Source: an uncultured Gemella sp. (GTDB lineage Bacteria > Bacillota > Bacilli > Staphylococcales > Gemellaceae). From it: a stretch of 64,000 nucleotides of DNA. Of this stretch, positions 21,192 to 31,621 are shown one piece after another. The number at the start of each line of letters is the position of its first letter. The stretch's first letter is position 1. The position numbers were made by a program, and so were the translations under genes. The stretch lies in contig NZ_CAUTDQ010000004.1 in assembly GCF_963537375.1 (NCBI RefSeq), positions 2,227 to 66,226 on the forward strand, read 5' to 3'. The notes beneath the pieces were generated by a model, which did not search any database, was not told the origin of the DNA, and was given only the letters and a program-made list of their open reading frames with translations.

Positions 21192-21905
21192 TTAAATATC
21201 TTTGTACCCTAGTTTTTCTAATGCTTGTTTTGCTGAAAGCTGTTCAGACTCTTTCTTAGTCGTTGCAGTTCCACTTCCATACTGATTTCCATCAATTAAA
21301 ACAGCACTTGTGAAAGTTTTAGAATGTGATGGCCCCGTAGAATCAAGTACTACATACTCAATATCACCCAATTTAATTTTTGAAATGTACTCTTGTAGTA
21401 TAGTTTTATAATCTACAAAGCTGTGATATTCAAGATCTTGAACTTCTGTAAATAACGTGTTATGTAAGAAAGTTTTTACCACCTCAAGATTTGACTCTAG
21501 GTACATTGCTCCTGTGAAAGATTCAAAAATATCAGCAAGTAATGCTGCTCGACTTCTTCCACCCATCTTTTCTTCTCCTTTTCCTAGGTAAATACATTTA
21601 TCTAAACCGAGTTGCAAAGCATATTTAACCAATGTTTTTTCGCAAACAATAGATGCACGCAGCTTAGTAAGTTCACCTTCAGGAAGCTCAGAAAATTTCT
21701 TAAATAAAAATTCACTTGTTGTAAGTTCAACAACAGCATCCCCTAAAAATTCCAAACGCTCATAATTTAAATGCTTCGCAATTCTTTTCTCATTAGTATA
21801 AGAAGAATGAGAAAATGCATTTTTAAAATTCTCACTGAATATCAAATTAAAACCATACTTTTCATTCAAAGTATTAAGCAATCTTTCAATATATGTTCGT
21901 TCCAC
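21192..21905 (-). CDS. rnc: ribonuclease III
   Basis: ERLEFLGDAV signature and dsRBD; GTG start after AAGGAG. Confidence 0.96.
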   Translation of the reverse strand: MERTYIERLLNTLNEKYGFNLIFSENFKNAFSHSSYTNEKRIAKHLNYERLEFLGDAVVELTTSEFLFKKFSELPEGELTKLRASIVCEKTLVKYALQLGLDKCIYLGKGEEKMGGRSRAALLADIFESFTGAMYLESNLEVVKTFLHNTLFTEVQDLEYHSFVDYKTILQEYISKIKLGDIEYVVLDSTGPSHSKTFTSAVLIDGNQYGSGTATTKKESEQLSAKQALEKLGYKDI

Positions 21906-22007
21906 AATAATTCTCCTTTCTTTCATTATTGAGAGAAACTCAATAATTTTATATAAATTAATCAAGTTCCTCCCATAAAAATTATTATCGTTTAGTAAAA
22001 TACGTTA

Positions 22008-23141
22008 TTAATCCAATAAAAACTCAGAGAAGACATCATTTCCATAGAATAATCCTTTTCTAGTTAGACGAAGTTTATTACCTTCAATTTCTAAGTACCC
22101 TTCTCTTACGTTTTTATCAATAACATCTTTGAAGATTTCTTCTGCTCTTTTTCCATATTTTTCTTCAAAAATGTCTAAATCTACACCTTTTAAAAGACGT
22201 AGACCTAGGAACATTTCTTCTTCTATTCTCTCTTTATGTGTTACGGCATTTTCTTCACGTCTAGCGTGCCCTTTTTCTAACATACTGTCGATATAGAATT
22301 TTAATGCTCCTTGGTTGGCATAACGTACTCCATCAATATAACCATGTGCGCCTGCCCCAAGGCCATAATATTCAATATTCTTCCAGTAACTGCTATTGTG
22401 AACACTCTCATGACCTGGCCTAGCAAAATTACTAATTTCATACTGCTCATAACCATTTTCTGTTAAGAAGTTAATAACTTCGTTGTACATTTTTTCTTCT
22501 GTCTCATTCGAAGGCAATGTAACTTTCTTATCTCTCACCTGATTATAAAGTTTAGTCTTCTGTTCCAAAATCAATGAATAACATGAGATATGACTGATAT
22601 TGTATTCTGCAACCTTCTTCATACTATCATATAAGTCATCCATTGTTTGCTTAGGTAGTGAAAACATTAAATCAACATTAATATCTTCAATACCATGCTT
22701 TTTACAATTAGCAATCGCCATATCTACATCATCAGCAACATGTCCACGTCCAAGAATTTTTAACAATTCGTTATTAAAAGTCTGAACTCCCATGCTAATT
22801 CTATCAACTCCGTAGCCCTTTACCAAAGCAACCCGAGAATCAACAAGATCCTCAGGGTTAGCTTCAAAAGTAAATTCACGCAGTTGTTGTGGAATTTTAT
22901 TTCTTAATGCAGTTAATAAACGATGAAGTTGTTCATCACTTAATGCACTTGGTGTTCCACCACCAATATAAATAGTTTCAACATTTTGAATGTTTTCCAT
23001 ACTCTCGATTTCTTTGATTAAGCAATCTATATACTTGTCAACAGGTTGTCTTTGTATATAAAACTTGTTGAAATCGCAATATGAACAAATATACTTACAA
23101 AATGGAATATGAATATATACTCCGCGTGGATAACTCTTCAT
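22008..23141 (-). CDS. hemW: radical SAM heme chaperone HemW
   Basis: YIHIPFC...CSYCDF, YEISNFA, HNSSYW; follows lepA. Confidence 0.92.
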   Translation of the reverse strand: MKSYPRGVYIHIPFCKYICSYCDFNKFYIQRQPVDKYIDCLIKEIESMENIQNVETIYIGGGTPSALSDEQLHRLLTALRNKIPQQLREFTFEANPEDLVDSRVALVKGYGVDRISMGVQTFNNELLKILGRGHVADDVDMAIANCKKHGIEDINVDLMFSLPKQTMDDLYDSMKKVAEYNISHISCYSLILEQKTKLYNQVRDKKVTLPSNETEEKMYNEVINFLTENGYEQYEISNFARPGHESVHNSSYWKNIEYYGLGAGAHGYIDGVRYANQGALKFYIDSMLEKGHARREENAVTHKERIEEEMFLGLRLLKGVDLDIFEEKYGKRAEEIFKDVIDKNVREGYLEIEGNKLRLTRKGLFYGNDVFSEFLLD

Positions 23142-24958
23142 TATTCTTCATCCATTTTAAGAACAGCCATGAAGGCATCTTGAGGAACTTCTACGCTACC
23201 AACAGCTTTCATTCTCTCTTTACCTTTTTTCTGTTTCTCTAATAGTTTACGTTTCCTACTAATATCCCCTCCGTAACATTTAGCAAGAACGTTTTTACGC
23301 ATCGCTTTAATAGTTTCACGAGAGATAATTTTATTTCCAATAGCAGCTTGGATAGGAATTTCGAATTGTTGTTTTGGAATAAGTTTTTTAAGTTTTTCTA
23401 CAATAACTTTACCACGTTGGTAAGCAAATTCTCTGTGAACGATAAAACTTAAAGCATCGACTTGTTCACCATTTAATAGAATATCCATCTTAACAAGGTT
23501 ACTATCTTTGTATCCTGTTAATTCATAGTCAAATGATGCATATCCTTTTGTATTAGATTTAAGTTGGTCGAAGAAATCAAAGACGATTTCTGATAAAGGT
23601 ATATCATAAGTAATATTAACCCTTGTATCATCGATATATTCCATATTTAAGAAAATACCACGTTTCTTCTGACAAAGATCCATAACAGCACCTACATAGT
23701 CATTTGGTACCATTATGCTCGCCTTAACAAATGGCTCTGTAATCTTATTAATTTTTTGTGGATCTGGCATTTCTGATGGGTTTGACACATCTACTAGAGT
23801 TCCGTCAGTTTTTTCAACTTTGTAAATAACCGATGGTGCAGTTGCGATGATATCAATATTAAATTCACGCTCAATACGCTCTTGAATGATTTCCATGTGT
23901 AACATTCCTAAGAATCCACATCTAAATCCAAATCCAAGTGCTTGTGACGTTTCAGCTTCATATTGTAATGCAGAGTCATTCAGCTCTAATTTTTCTAGTG
24001 CTTCACGTAAATCATTATATTTTGATGAATCGATTGGATATAATCCACAGAATACCATTGGATTTAATTTTCTGTATCCAGGTAATGCTTCTTTAGCTGG
24101 ATTATTCGCTAATGTAATTGTATCCCCTACACGAGTTTCACTTACATTTTTAATAGATGCACAGATAAATCCTACATCCCCTGCAGTAAGTTCATCAACG
24201 ATTTTCTCTTTAGGTGTGTGAATACCAACCTCAGTAACCTCGAACACACCACCAGTAGCCATCATCTTAATCTTATCTCCAGCTTTTACAGTACCGTTCT
24301 TAATACGTACTGAAACGATAACTCCTCTATACGCATCGTATAATGAGTCAAAGATTAGGGCTTGTAGTGGCTCAGCCGCATCCCCTGATGGAGCTGGAAC
24401 GTATTCTACGATTTGTTCTAAGATTTCATCAATACCAATACCCGCTTTAGCAGAAGCTAGTACGATATCGTCTGTTGGCAATCCAATTACATCTTCAATC
24501 TCAGTCTTAACCTTCTCAGGATCCGCTGCAGGTAAGTCGATTTTATTAATAATTGGAATAATTTCTAAATTATTGTCTAATGCTAAGTATACGTTAGCTA
24601 ATGTTTGCGCTTCGATACCTTGAGCAGCATCAACTACTAAAATAGCCCCTTCACATGCTGCTAGAGAACGTGATACTTCATAAGTGAAGTCTACGTGTCC
24701 CGGTGTATCGATTAAGTGAAAAATATACTCTTCTCCGTTTTTGGCAGTATATTGTAACTGAACTGCATTAAGTTTAATTGTAATACCTCTTTCACGCTCA
24801 ATATCCATTGAATCTAGAAGTTGTGCTTTCATTTCGCGTTGTTCTAACGCCTTTGTTTTTTCTAAAATTCTGTCCGCAAGAGTCGATTTCCCGTGGTCAA
24901 TATGTGCAATTATAGAAAAGTTCCTTATTTTCTTTTGCCTTTCATTTCTTTTATCCAT
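23141..24958 (-). CDS. lepA: translation elongation factor 4
   Basis: [32 protein letters not shown]. Confidence 0.98.
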   Translation of the reverse strand: MDKRNERQKKIRNFSIIAHIDHGKSTLADRILEKTKALEQREMKAQLLDSMDIERERGITIKLNAVQLQYTAKNGEEYIFHLIDTPGHVDFTYEVSRSLAACEGAILVVDAAQGIEAQTLANVYLALDNNLEIIPIINKIDLPAADPEKVKTEIEDVIGLPTDDIVLASAKAGIGIDEILEQIVEYVPAPSGDAAEPLQALIFDSLYDAYRGVIVSVRIKNGTVKAGDKIKMMATGGVFEVTEVGIHTPKEKIVDELTAGDVGFICASIKNVSETRVGDTITLANNPAKEALPGYRKLNPMVFCGLYPIDSSKYNDLREALEKLELNDSALQYEAETSQALGFGFRCGFLGMLHMEIIQERIEREFNIDIIATAPSVIYKVEKTDGTLVDVSNPSEMPDPQKINKITEPFVKASIMVPNDYVGAVMDLCQKKRGIFLNMEYIDDTRVNITYDIPLSEIVFDFFDQLKSNTKGYASFDYELTGYKDSNLVKMDILLNGEQVDALSFIVHREFAYQRGKVIVEKLKKLIPKQQFEIPIQAAIGNKIISRETIKAMRKNVLAKCYGGDISRKRKLLEKQKKGKERMKAVGSVEVPQDAFMAVLKMDEE

Positions 24959-24970
24959 TTTATTCTTCCT

Positions 24971-25756
24971 TTACAAATCTTGTTTTTCTACGTAGTCTTT
25001 AGCTGTATAATACGAAAAACCATCCCTTATTAGCTTTTCAATCAGCTTTTGTTTAAGTGCATATCCTTCATATCTGCGACTATAACTTTGATAAGCCCTT
25101 CTAAAATGCTCATCTAATATTTCGTCTTCATTTTCATCTTCATAGTCTTCGAAAAATATGTCAAACACCTTTCTTATTATATCAGATGTAAAGCCATTTG
25201 TATAAAGTTTTTGTGTTATTTTTTGAACTTTTTTGTTTTTCGTTTCTCTTCTTACTTTATACTCACGTTCAATAATTTTATAAAGTATTTCTATCATTGC
25301 TTCTTCTGTACAAATCTTGGCAATATTTTCATCTATAACATCTTTATCTAAGCCTTTTTCTAACAGTTTTCTTTGTATCCAATAAGGACCCTTTAGATTA
25401 AGATTAAAATAATCTGTTACAGCAGCTTCTACATAGTGATTATCATTCAAATAACCAATTTCTATTAACTTCTCAATTACTTCATCAATAACATTATTAG
25501 CAATCTCTTTCTTCTGAAGATATTCTCTTATGTCTTGCTTAGTTCTCAAACCAAATTGTAGATAATGTACTGCCTTACTATAAGCACTCTCAACACTTTC
25601 GTGAGCAATAATTTCTTTTAGTTGCTCTTTTGATAAATCTATTTTTTTTATAAGTCCATATTTAATAATCGTATCTTCAGAAACATAAAAATGTTTACCA
25701 TTTTCCAAGTCTATTTTATACTTAACTTTTAGCTTTGTTATATTTGTAACTTGCAA
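24971..25756 (-). CDS. recX: recombination regulator RecX
   Basis: Firmicutes-type 261-aa RecX: A..YL...RT..I..YL, GYLND..Y, KGP..I..KL..KG, C-terminal L.R.GFS. Confidence 0.88.
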   Translation of the reverse strand: MQVTNITKLKVKYKIDLENGKHFYVSEDTIIKYGLIKKIDLSKEQLKEIIAHESVESAYSKAVHYLQFGLRTKQDIREYLQKKEIANNVIDEVIEKLIEIGYLNDNHYVEAAVTDYFNLNLKGPYWIQRKLLEKGLDKDVIDENIAKICTEEAMIEILYKIIEREYKVRRETKNKKVQKITQKLYTNGFTSDIIRKVFDIFFEDYEDENEDEILDEHFRRAYQSYSRRYEGYALKQKLIEKLIRDGFSYYTAKDYVEKQDL

Positions 25757-25899
25757 ATTTACACCTACTTTCTATATTCCTCGCTAAAAACTCTTACCTT
25801 TAATTTTATCAAAAATCACATAAAAAAGGAAATGTTAGAAAGAAAAAAATTCCCAAACCATAAGGCTTGAGAATTTTTATTTTCAACTAAGATACTACG

Positions 25900-27414
25900 T
25901 TATTTTTTAATTAACCCTTCTTTTTGTAGATATTCTTTTGCTACATCATAAGCAGGTTTACCTTCAATATCTACTTTGTAGTTCATTTCAGTCATTTCTT
26001 TTTCTGTTATTTTTCCAGCAAGTTTATTTAAGATTTTTTCAAGTTCAGGATGTTTTTTCAATGTCTCTTCTCTTAATAACGGTGCCCCTTGATATGGTGG
26101 GAATAAATGTCTATCGTCATTTAATAATTTAAGCTTATTAGTTATTATTTTACTATCCGTTGAGAATACATCGATAATATTTACATCACCATTTGAAATA
26201 GCTTGATATTTTAACGCTATTTCCATAGTCTTAACATTTAAATTCAAGTGATAAAGATTTTTAAGTCCTATACCACCATCTTCTCTATCATTGAACTCCA
26301 ATGAGAATCCAACTTTTGAAGAATTTTCTACTAATTTTATATCTGAAATATTATTTAATTTATTTTTATTTGCAAAATCTTCTGTTACTGCTAAAGCATA
26401 AGTATCCTGGAATTTTGTAGGTTTTAGGTACACAAGATTATCTTGTTCAAAAATTTTATTTTTAGCAACCTCATAAACCTCATCAGGATCATTAGAAGCA
26501 ACAGTCTGAGGTGTTTTTAATAATGTTGTAGTAACTGTACCTGTAAATTCTGGATAAATATCAATACTTTTGCCTTTTAACGCCTCATATAAGAAACTTG
26601 TTTTACCAAAATTAGGTTTAACCTCAACATCAATATTTGTCTCATCTTCTATTAAAAGTTTATACATATTTATTAATATCTCAGGTTCTGCTCCTATTTT
26701 ACCAGCTATTATTAGTTTATCATTAGACATTTTTCCAATTGGAAAGAAGCTGATAGTTAAAGCGACTACAGCTGCAAGTAATGAAGCTAAAATAGTTTTC
26801 GGTTTTTTATCTTGTAAAAATCTAATTAATAACCCAAATAGAATCGCTAATATTGCAGATGAAATTGCCCCTATCAAAATTAACGCTGAGTTATTTCTAT
26901 CTATCCCTAGTAATATAAATGAACCTAATCCTCCTGCTCCTATTAAAGCGGCAAGAGTTGCTGTACCAATTATCATAATACTCGCAGTTCTCACACCACT
27001 CATAAGTATTGGCATAGCAAGTGCAAGTTTAAATTTTTTCAACTTCTCAAGTTTTGTCATACCAAAAGCTGTCGCAGCCTCTTCTAGCGATGGATCAATC
27101 TCCGATAGTCCAGTAATCGTACTTTGGAGTATTGGGAATATTGCATAAATTACCAATGCCACGACTGCTGGTAATGTCCCTATACCCGTAAACGGAATAA
27201 ATAAACCTAGTAATGCAAGAGAAGGAATTGTTTGGAAAATACCAGTAATTTGTAAAAACCATTCACTTGTCTTATTATTCCCTGAGATAATTATACCTAA
27301 TGGAACTGCTATAAAAATTGCAATAATAAGTGATAATAATGAAATTTGAAGATGTTCATATAAGCCAGTTATCCAATCACTTTTTCTTTCTAAAAATGTA
27401 CTTACTAAATTCAT
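25900..27414 (-). CDS. osmoprotectant (glycine betaine/choline) ABC transporter, fused permease + substrate-binding protein
   Basis: [11 protein letters not shown] loop, GAGGLG, then OpuAC-like domain ([13 protein letters not shown]). Confidence 0.9.
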   Translation of the reverse strand: MNLVSTFLERKSDWITGLYEHLQISLLSLIIAIFIAVPLGIIISGNNKTSEWFLQITGIFQTIPSLALLGLFIPFTGIGTLPAVVALVIYAIFPILQSTITGLSEIDPSLEEAATAFGMTKLEKLKKFKLALAMPILMSGVRTASIMIIGTATLAALIGAGGLGSFILLGIDRNNSALILIGAISSAILAILFGLLIRFLQDKKPKTILASLLAAVVALTISFFPIGKMSNDKLIIAGKIGAEPEILINMYKLLIEDETNIDVEVKPNFGKTSFLYEALKGKSIDIYPEFTGTVTTTLLKTPQTVASNDPDEVYEVAKNKIFEQDNLVYLKPTKFQDTYALAVTEDFANKNKLNNISDIKLVENSSKVGFSLEFNDREDGGIGLKNLYHLNLNVKTMEIALKYQAISNGDVNIIDVFSTDSKIITNKLKLLNDDRHLFPPYQGAPLLREETLKKHPELEKILNKLAGKITEKEMTEMNYKVDIEGKPAYDVAKEYLQKEGLIKK

Positions 27415-28142
27415 TATTTATTCCCCCTTGCAAAAAATTCACGAACAAAATCATCCGCAGGATTTTCTTTTAGTACTTCTGGTGTAGCAATTTGAACCAC
27501 CTTACCTTCTTTTAAAACACAAATTCTATCAGCAAGTTTCATCGCTTCATCCATATCGTGAGTTACAAAAACTGTTGTTCTTTTATACTCATCATGTAGT
27601 TGTTTTATTAAATCTTGAAGTTGAACTTTACTAATAGGATCTAATGCAGAAAATGGTTCATCCATCAGTAGAATTTTAGGATTAGCGATAATTGCACGTA
27701 GTATTCCTACACGCTGTTTCTCTCCTCCAGAAAGTTCCTTAGGAAGACGATTCATATAATGCTTCGGATCCAATCCTACTTTTTGAAGTAAATCCTCCGT
27801 CTTTTCTTTAATTTCTTTCTTATCAAAGTTTTTCATTTCTGGGATTAGCGCAATATTTTCTGCAACAGTAAGATTCGGAAATAGTGCAATTTGTTGAAGA
27901 ACATATCCAGTTTTAAGCCTTAATTCTCTTAAATCATAGTCTTTTAGTCTCTTATCTTCAAAATAAATATCTCCATCTGTTTGTTCTATCAACCTATTTA
28001 TTAATTTTAAAGTTGTTGTTTTTCCACTTCCACTCGGTCCTACAAGAACAAAAAATTCTCCTTCTTGTATTTCAAAATCTAATCCATCAAGTATTAAACC
28101 ATTTGTGGAACAGCATAATGAAACATTGTTATATTTAATCAT
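27414..28142 (-). CDS. osmoprotectant ABC transporter ATPase
   Basis: [27 protein letters not shown]. Confidence 0.9.
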   Translation of the reverse strand: MIKYNNVSLCCSTNGLILDGLDFEIQEGEFFVLVGPSGSGKTTTLKLINRLIEQTDGDIYFEDKRLKDYDLRELRLKTGYVLQQIALFPNLTVAENIALIPEMKNFDKKEIKEKTEDLLQKVGLDPKHYMNRLPKELSGGEKQRVGILRAIIANPKILLMDEPFSALDPISKVQLQDLIKQLHDEYKRTTVFVTHDMDEAMKLADRICVLKEGKVVQIATPEVLKENPADDFVREFFARGNK

Positions 28143-28144
28143 TT

Positions 28145-28603
28145 TTATATTTCTCCTTTCAATACTAGTTTCTCAATATTTTTCTTCATATTATCGTTAA
28201 AGATTGTATAGTATTCTATAAATATTTTTTGTTGTTCACTTGAAAGTTTACTTATTGCATCTATTTCAGCTTTTTCAAGTGGATCTAAAATTTTTGATGC
28301 ATATAAGTAACCTTCTTCTGTAAGTCTTACTATTTTCTCCCGCCTATCTTTTTCTTTCTCCTCAAAATAAATATACCCTTTTTTCTTAAAAGTCTTTATA
28401 GCTGCGCTAACTACTTGTTTAGTAGAATAAGTTTTCTCACAAATAGTATTTTGAGTTATCCCATTTTTTGTATAGTAAAGACAACTTAGTATTAATAGTG
28501 ATTTGCCTTGCAAACCATTTTTTCTAGCATAGTACTCATATAATGAGTTGTTTTCATCTTTTTTTCTAGAAAATAGATTCGAGTTTCCCAATAAACTATT
28601 CAC
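28145..28603 (-). CDS. MarR family transcriptional regulator
   Basis: wHTH with TQ..I...KQ.VS and DRREK.V.LT..G wing. Confidence 0.85.
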   Translation of the reverse strand: MNSLLGNSNLFSRKKDENNSLYEYYARKNGLQGKSLLILSCLYYTKNGITQNTICEKTYSTKQVVSAAIKTFKKKGYIYFEEKEKDRREKIVRLTEEGYLYASKILDPLEKAEIDAISKLSSEQQKIFIEYYTIFNDNMKKNIEKLVLKGEI

Positions 28604-28925
28604 TTGTAATCACTCCCTCTCTAAAACTATAATTATTACCTAAATAATTATGAGAACACTTTTAATCTTAATAGTTTAAATGTTTTCTTTACTATTAGAT
28701 TCACTTTATTTTTATAACACTGAAAACCTCTTCTAAACTAGTAAAATCTTTTGACTATTATCTTATTAAAAAACTTATTAGTAATTTTTTTAATACTAAT
28801 GAGTTCATTCTACCTCTATAGTTTACAATTGTCAATAATTTAGTTTTCATGAAAATAGACAATCAATAAATATTTTACCAATTGTCTTAAAAATTTATTA
28901 AATTTATATTTAAATAATTGAACGT

Positions 28926-29312
28926 CTAATTGTTCACTGCCATTTTTTTCACCTTATTGTAACGACGAATAACATTAATTCTCTCCAATAAGTGTGGCAG
29001 TAAAATTATAACAATAATAATTGAATTAATTACTTTGTTTACTGTTTCCCCAAAGAAACTTATCAATAACCCTTTATTTATTATTGAAATGAGTAGATAT
29101 ATATAACATGATATAGTTATACCTAAATTTAATAATAAAGCGGATTTGGAAGAATTCTCCTTTAGTCTAATTTTTTCTATTTCTTTATCTGTTAACTTCT
29201 CTAAAAGTAGTTCTTCTTTTTTTATAGTTTTTCTAGCTATTACAAATACTATCATATAAAAAATACAAAATATTAATGAAAATACTCCTAACAAAATTTC
29301 TAATGTACTCAT
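28926..29312 (-). CDS. hypothetical small membrane protein (~3 TM)
   Basis: ORF with GGAGG RBS and three hydrophobic segments. Confidence 0.65.
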   Translation of the reverse strand: MSTLEILLGVFSLIFCIFYMIVFVIARKTIKKEELLLEKLTDKEIEKIRLKENSSKSALLLNLGITISCYIYLLISIINKGLLISFFGETVNKVINSIIIVIILLPHLLERINVIRRYNKVKKMAVNN

Positions 29313-29447
29313 AATATTCACCTCCATTTAAATTCATTATACCATATTACCTGTACAAAAAATTACCCATATATAACTCATATAAAAAAGTATTATGAAT
29401 TAATCTTCCTCACAAACTATATCAACCAGAATATAAGTAGCCCTAAA

Positions 29448-29518
29448 AATGGAGAAAGGGACTGATAAAATAATCAGTCCCATATATTATGAAAAAAAAT
29501 ATTATTAAGTTTTGTTAT
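29448..29518 (-). ncRNA. putative sRNA, copy 1 (csRNA/sibling-like)
   Basis: TATAAT at 29530-29525, predicted start AUAACAAAACUUAAUAAUAUUUUUUUUCAUAAU, hairpin GGGACUGAU/AUCAGUCCC followed by UUUCUCCAUUUUU. Confidence 0.65.
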
Positions 29519-29608
29519 GTTTATATTATATACGTTATACCTTATATGAACTTTAGACTATAATTAAAATGTAACTAAAATTGAAAAAATTTGAAAATAA
29601 TCTGTGAT

Positions 29609-29678
29609 AATGGAGAAAGGGACTGATAAAATAATCAGTCCCATATATTATGAAAAAAATATTATTAAGTTTTGTTAT
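29609..29678 (-). ncRNA. putative sRNA, copy 2 (csRNA/sibling-like)
   Basis: Same layout as copy 1, TATAAT at 29690-29685. Confidence 0.65.
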
Positions 29679-29740
29679 GTTTATATTATATCCGATATAC
29701 CTTATATAAACTTTATACTATAAATAAAATTTACTTAAAT

Positions 29741-31399
29741 TTATAGTTCTCTTAATTTCTCCGCTCTCTCTAAAGAAGCATCAATATTCTCACATATATT
29801 TTCTTTACCTATTTTTTCAATAAAGCCAGCTTTTTCCATAACATGATATGGTTGTTCATTTACGTGTGATAATATTAATGTTAATCCACGTTTTTTACAA
29901 GTTTCCAATATTTCTTCAAGTACTTCTAATCCCGAAATATCCATAGCTGGAACATTGCGCATTCTTATAATTAAAACATTTTTCCCTTCTCCATGTTCAA
30001 AGTTAGTAAACACATTTGCTGCACCGAAGAATAACGCTCCAAATATTTCATAAACTACTGTATTTTTAGGAACATATTTTAAATCGACTTCTTCTGATAG
30101 TTTATCATCATCAGATGAACCTTTATAAGTCCATTGTCGAACTTCTGCAATATCTGACATACGTTTTAAGAATAAGAAAGCCGCTAATACCATACCGAAC
30201 TCTATCGCAATAACTAAGTCAAAGAATAACGTTAATAAGAAAGTAATAATTAATACCGCAATATCACTCTTCGGTGCAGTTTTCAACATACGTACACAAA
30301 TACGCCAGCCACTCATATTATAACCTACAATTATCAATATCGCAGCTAAACAACTCATAGGTATATACGATGCATATGGCATTAAAAATAATAATATTAG
30401 TAATAAGGTAAATGCGTGCACCATTCCAGATACCGGTGTTCTTCCACCATTTTTCACGTTAGCTGCCGTTCTCGCAATCGCACCTGTTGCAGGTATTCCT
30501 CCAAAAAGTGCCGACATAAAGTTCCCTACACCTTGGGCTACTAACTCAGCATTAGATTTATGCTTACTTCCTGTCATACCATCAGATACTACAGCCGATA
30601 ATAGTGATTCTATAGCTGCCAATATTGCGATTGTAAATGCCGGTAAAATCATCTCTCTTATTAGCGAAAATGAAATTGTAGGCATTGTAAAGCTAGGAAG
30701 CCCTGCTTTAATTGTATATAGATCACCAATAGTTTTAACCGGCAATTTGAAAATAGCTACTAAAAATGTTGTAACTAGTATTGCGATTAAAGAACCCGGT
30801 ATTTTCTTCGATACCTTTGGCCAAAATATTTGAATTAGTATCGCAAGTAACCCTATCGCTAAAGTGACGAAACTAATACTTCTTATATTATGACCGTATG
30901 CTACTAATTTCCCAACAAACTCTGCAGGAACTGCTCCCATACTTAATCCTAGAAAATCTTTCACCTGACCAACTACTATTCCCATAGCAATCCCTAGTGT
31001 AAATCCAATAGTGATAGTTTTCGGAATAAATTTTATCAAGTCCCCAAAGTGAAATAACCCCATTAGAATCAACATAACTCCTGCCATTAGTGTAGCAACA
31101 GTTAATCCTGCAATTCCATGTTCAGCTATTATCCCATAAATAATAACAACAAAAGCAGCCGTAGGTCCACCAATCTGAACCCTACTCCCACCTAAAAACG
31201 AAATAAAAAAACCTGCTATAATCGCAGTATAAAGACCTTGTTCCGGATTCACTCCAGATGCTATCGCCAAAGCAATCGATAAAGGTAATGCTATAACAGC
31301 TACTATTAAACCAGCAATTATATCTTTTAAGCATTGTTCCTTTGTATAATTTTTCATTACACTAAATAACTTCGGCTTGAGATATTTAAATGAATTCAT
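29741..31399 (-). CDS. SulP/SLC26 anion permease with STAS domain
   Basis: D..AGL.VA.IALPLSIALAIASG, GGS..QIGGPT, GAIART, STAS GALFFGAA. Confidence 0.93.
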   Translation of the reverse strand: MNSFKYLKPKLFSVMKNYTKEQCLKDIIAGLIVAVIALPLSIALAIASGVNPEQGLYTAIIAGFFISFLGGSRVQIGGPTAAFVVIIYGIIAEHGIAGLTVATLMAGVMLILMGLFHFGDLIKFIPKTITIGFTLGIAMGIVVGQVKDFLGLSMGAVPAEFVGKLVAYGHNIRSISFVTLAIGLLAILIQIFWPKVSKKIPGSLIAILVTTFLVAIFKLPVKTIGDLYTIKAGLPSFTMPTISFSLIREMILPAFTIAILAAIESLLSAVVSDGMTGSKHKSNAELVAQGVGNFMSALFGGIPATGAIARTAANVKNGGRTPVSGMVHAFTLLLILLFLMPYASYIPMSCLAAILIIVGYNMSGWRICVRMLKTAPKSDIAVLIITFLLTLFFDLVIAIEFGMVLAAFLFLKRMSDIAEVRQWTYKGSSDDDKLSEEVDLKYVPKNTVVYEIFGALFFGAANVFTNFEHGEGKNVLIIRMRNVPAMDISGLEVLEEILETCKKRGLTLILSHVNEQPYHVMEKAGFIEKIGKENICENIDASLERAEKLREL

Positions 31400-31621
31400 C
31401 TTCTCCTCCTACTTTTGAGAATCTATAGTATTACTAGTTTAGCACATAACTAACAAAAACTCTAGTTAAATCAGAAATACTCTTGAAATATTTTAAAATT
31501 TTCTAATATATCTTCTCATAACTAGAGTTCAATCTATTATACAATAGAAAATAACTTGTAATAAATTAGAAAAAAGGCTTGAAAAATTAATCTTCCAAGC
31601 CTTAGACAATTACTAATATAA

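Larger units (their letters stand above)
29448..29742. repeat. two ~135-bp direct repeats, period ~160 bp
   Basis: 29448-29582 vs 29609-29742; first ~83 bp identical apart from A8 vs A7, remainder with scattered substitutions. Confidence 0.95.

Noticed and set aside
29489..29709. Plus-strand micro-ORFs MKKNIIKFCYVYIIYVIPYMNFRL and MKKILLSFVMFILYPIYLI (type I toxin or pheromone idea)
   Set aside because: The A8/A7 difference puts the copies in different frames, there is no RBS at proper spacing, and promoter signals point to the minus strand. Not fully excluded without ribosome profiling.
29448..29742. CRISPR array or IS ends
   Set aside because: Only two long units, no unique spacers of regular length, no cas or transposase genes, no terminal inverted repeats
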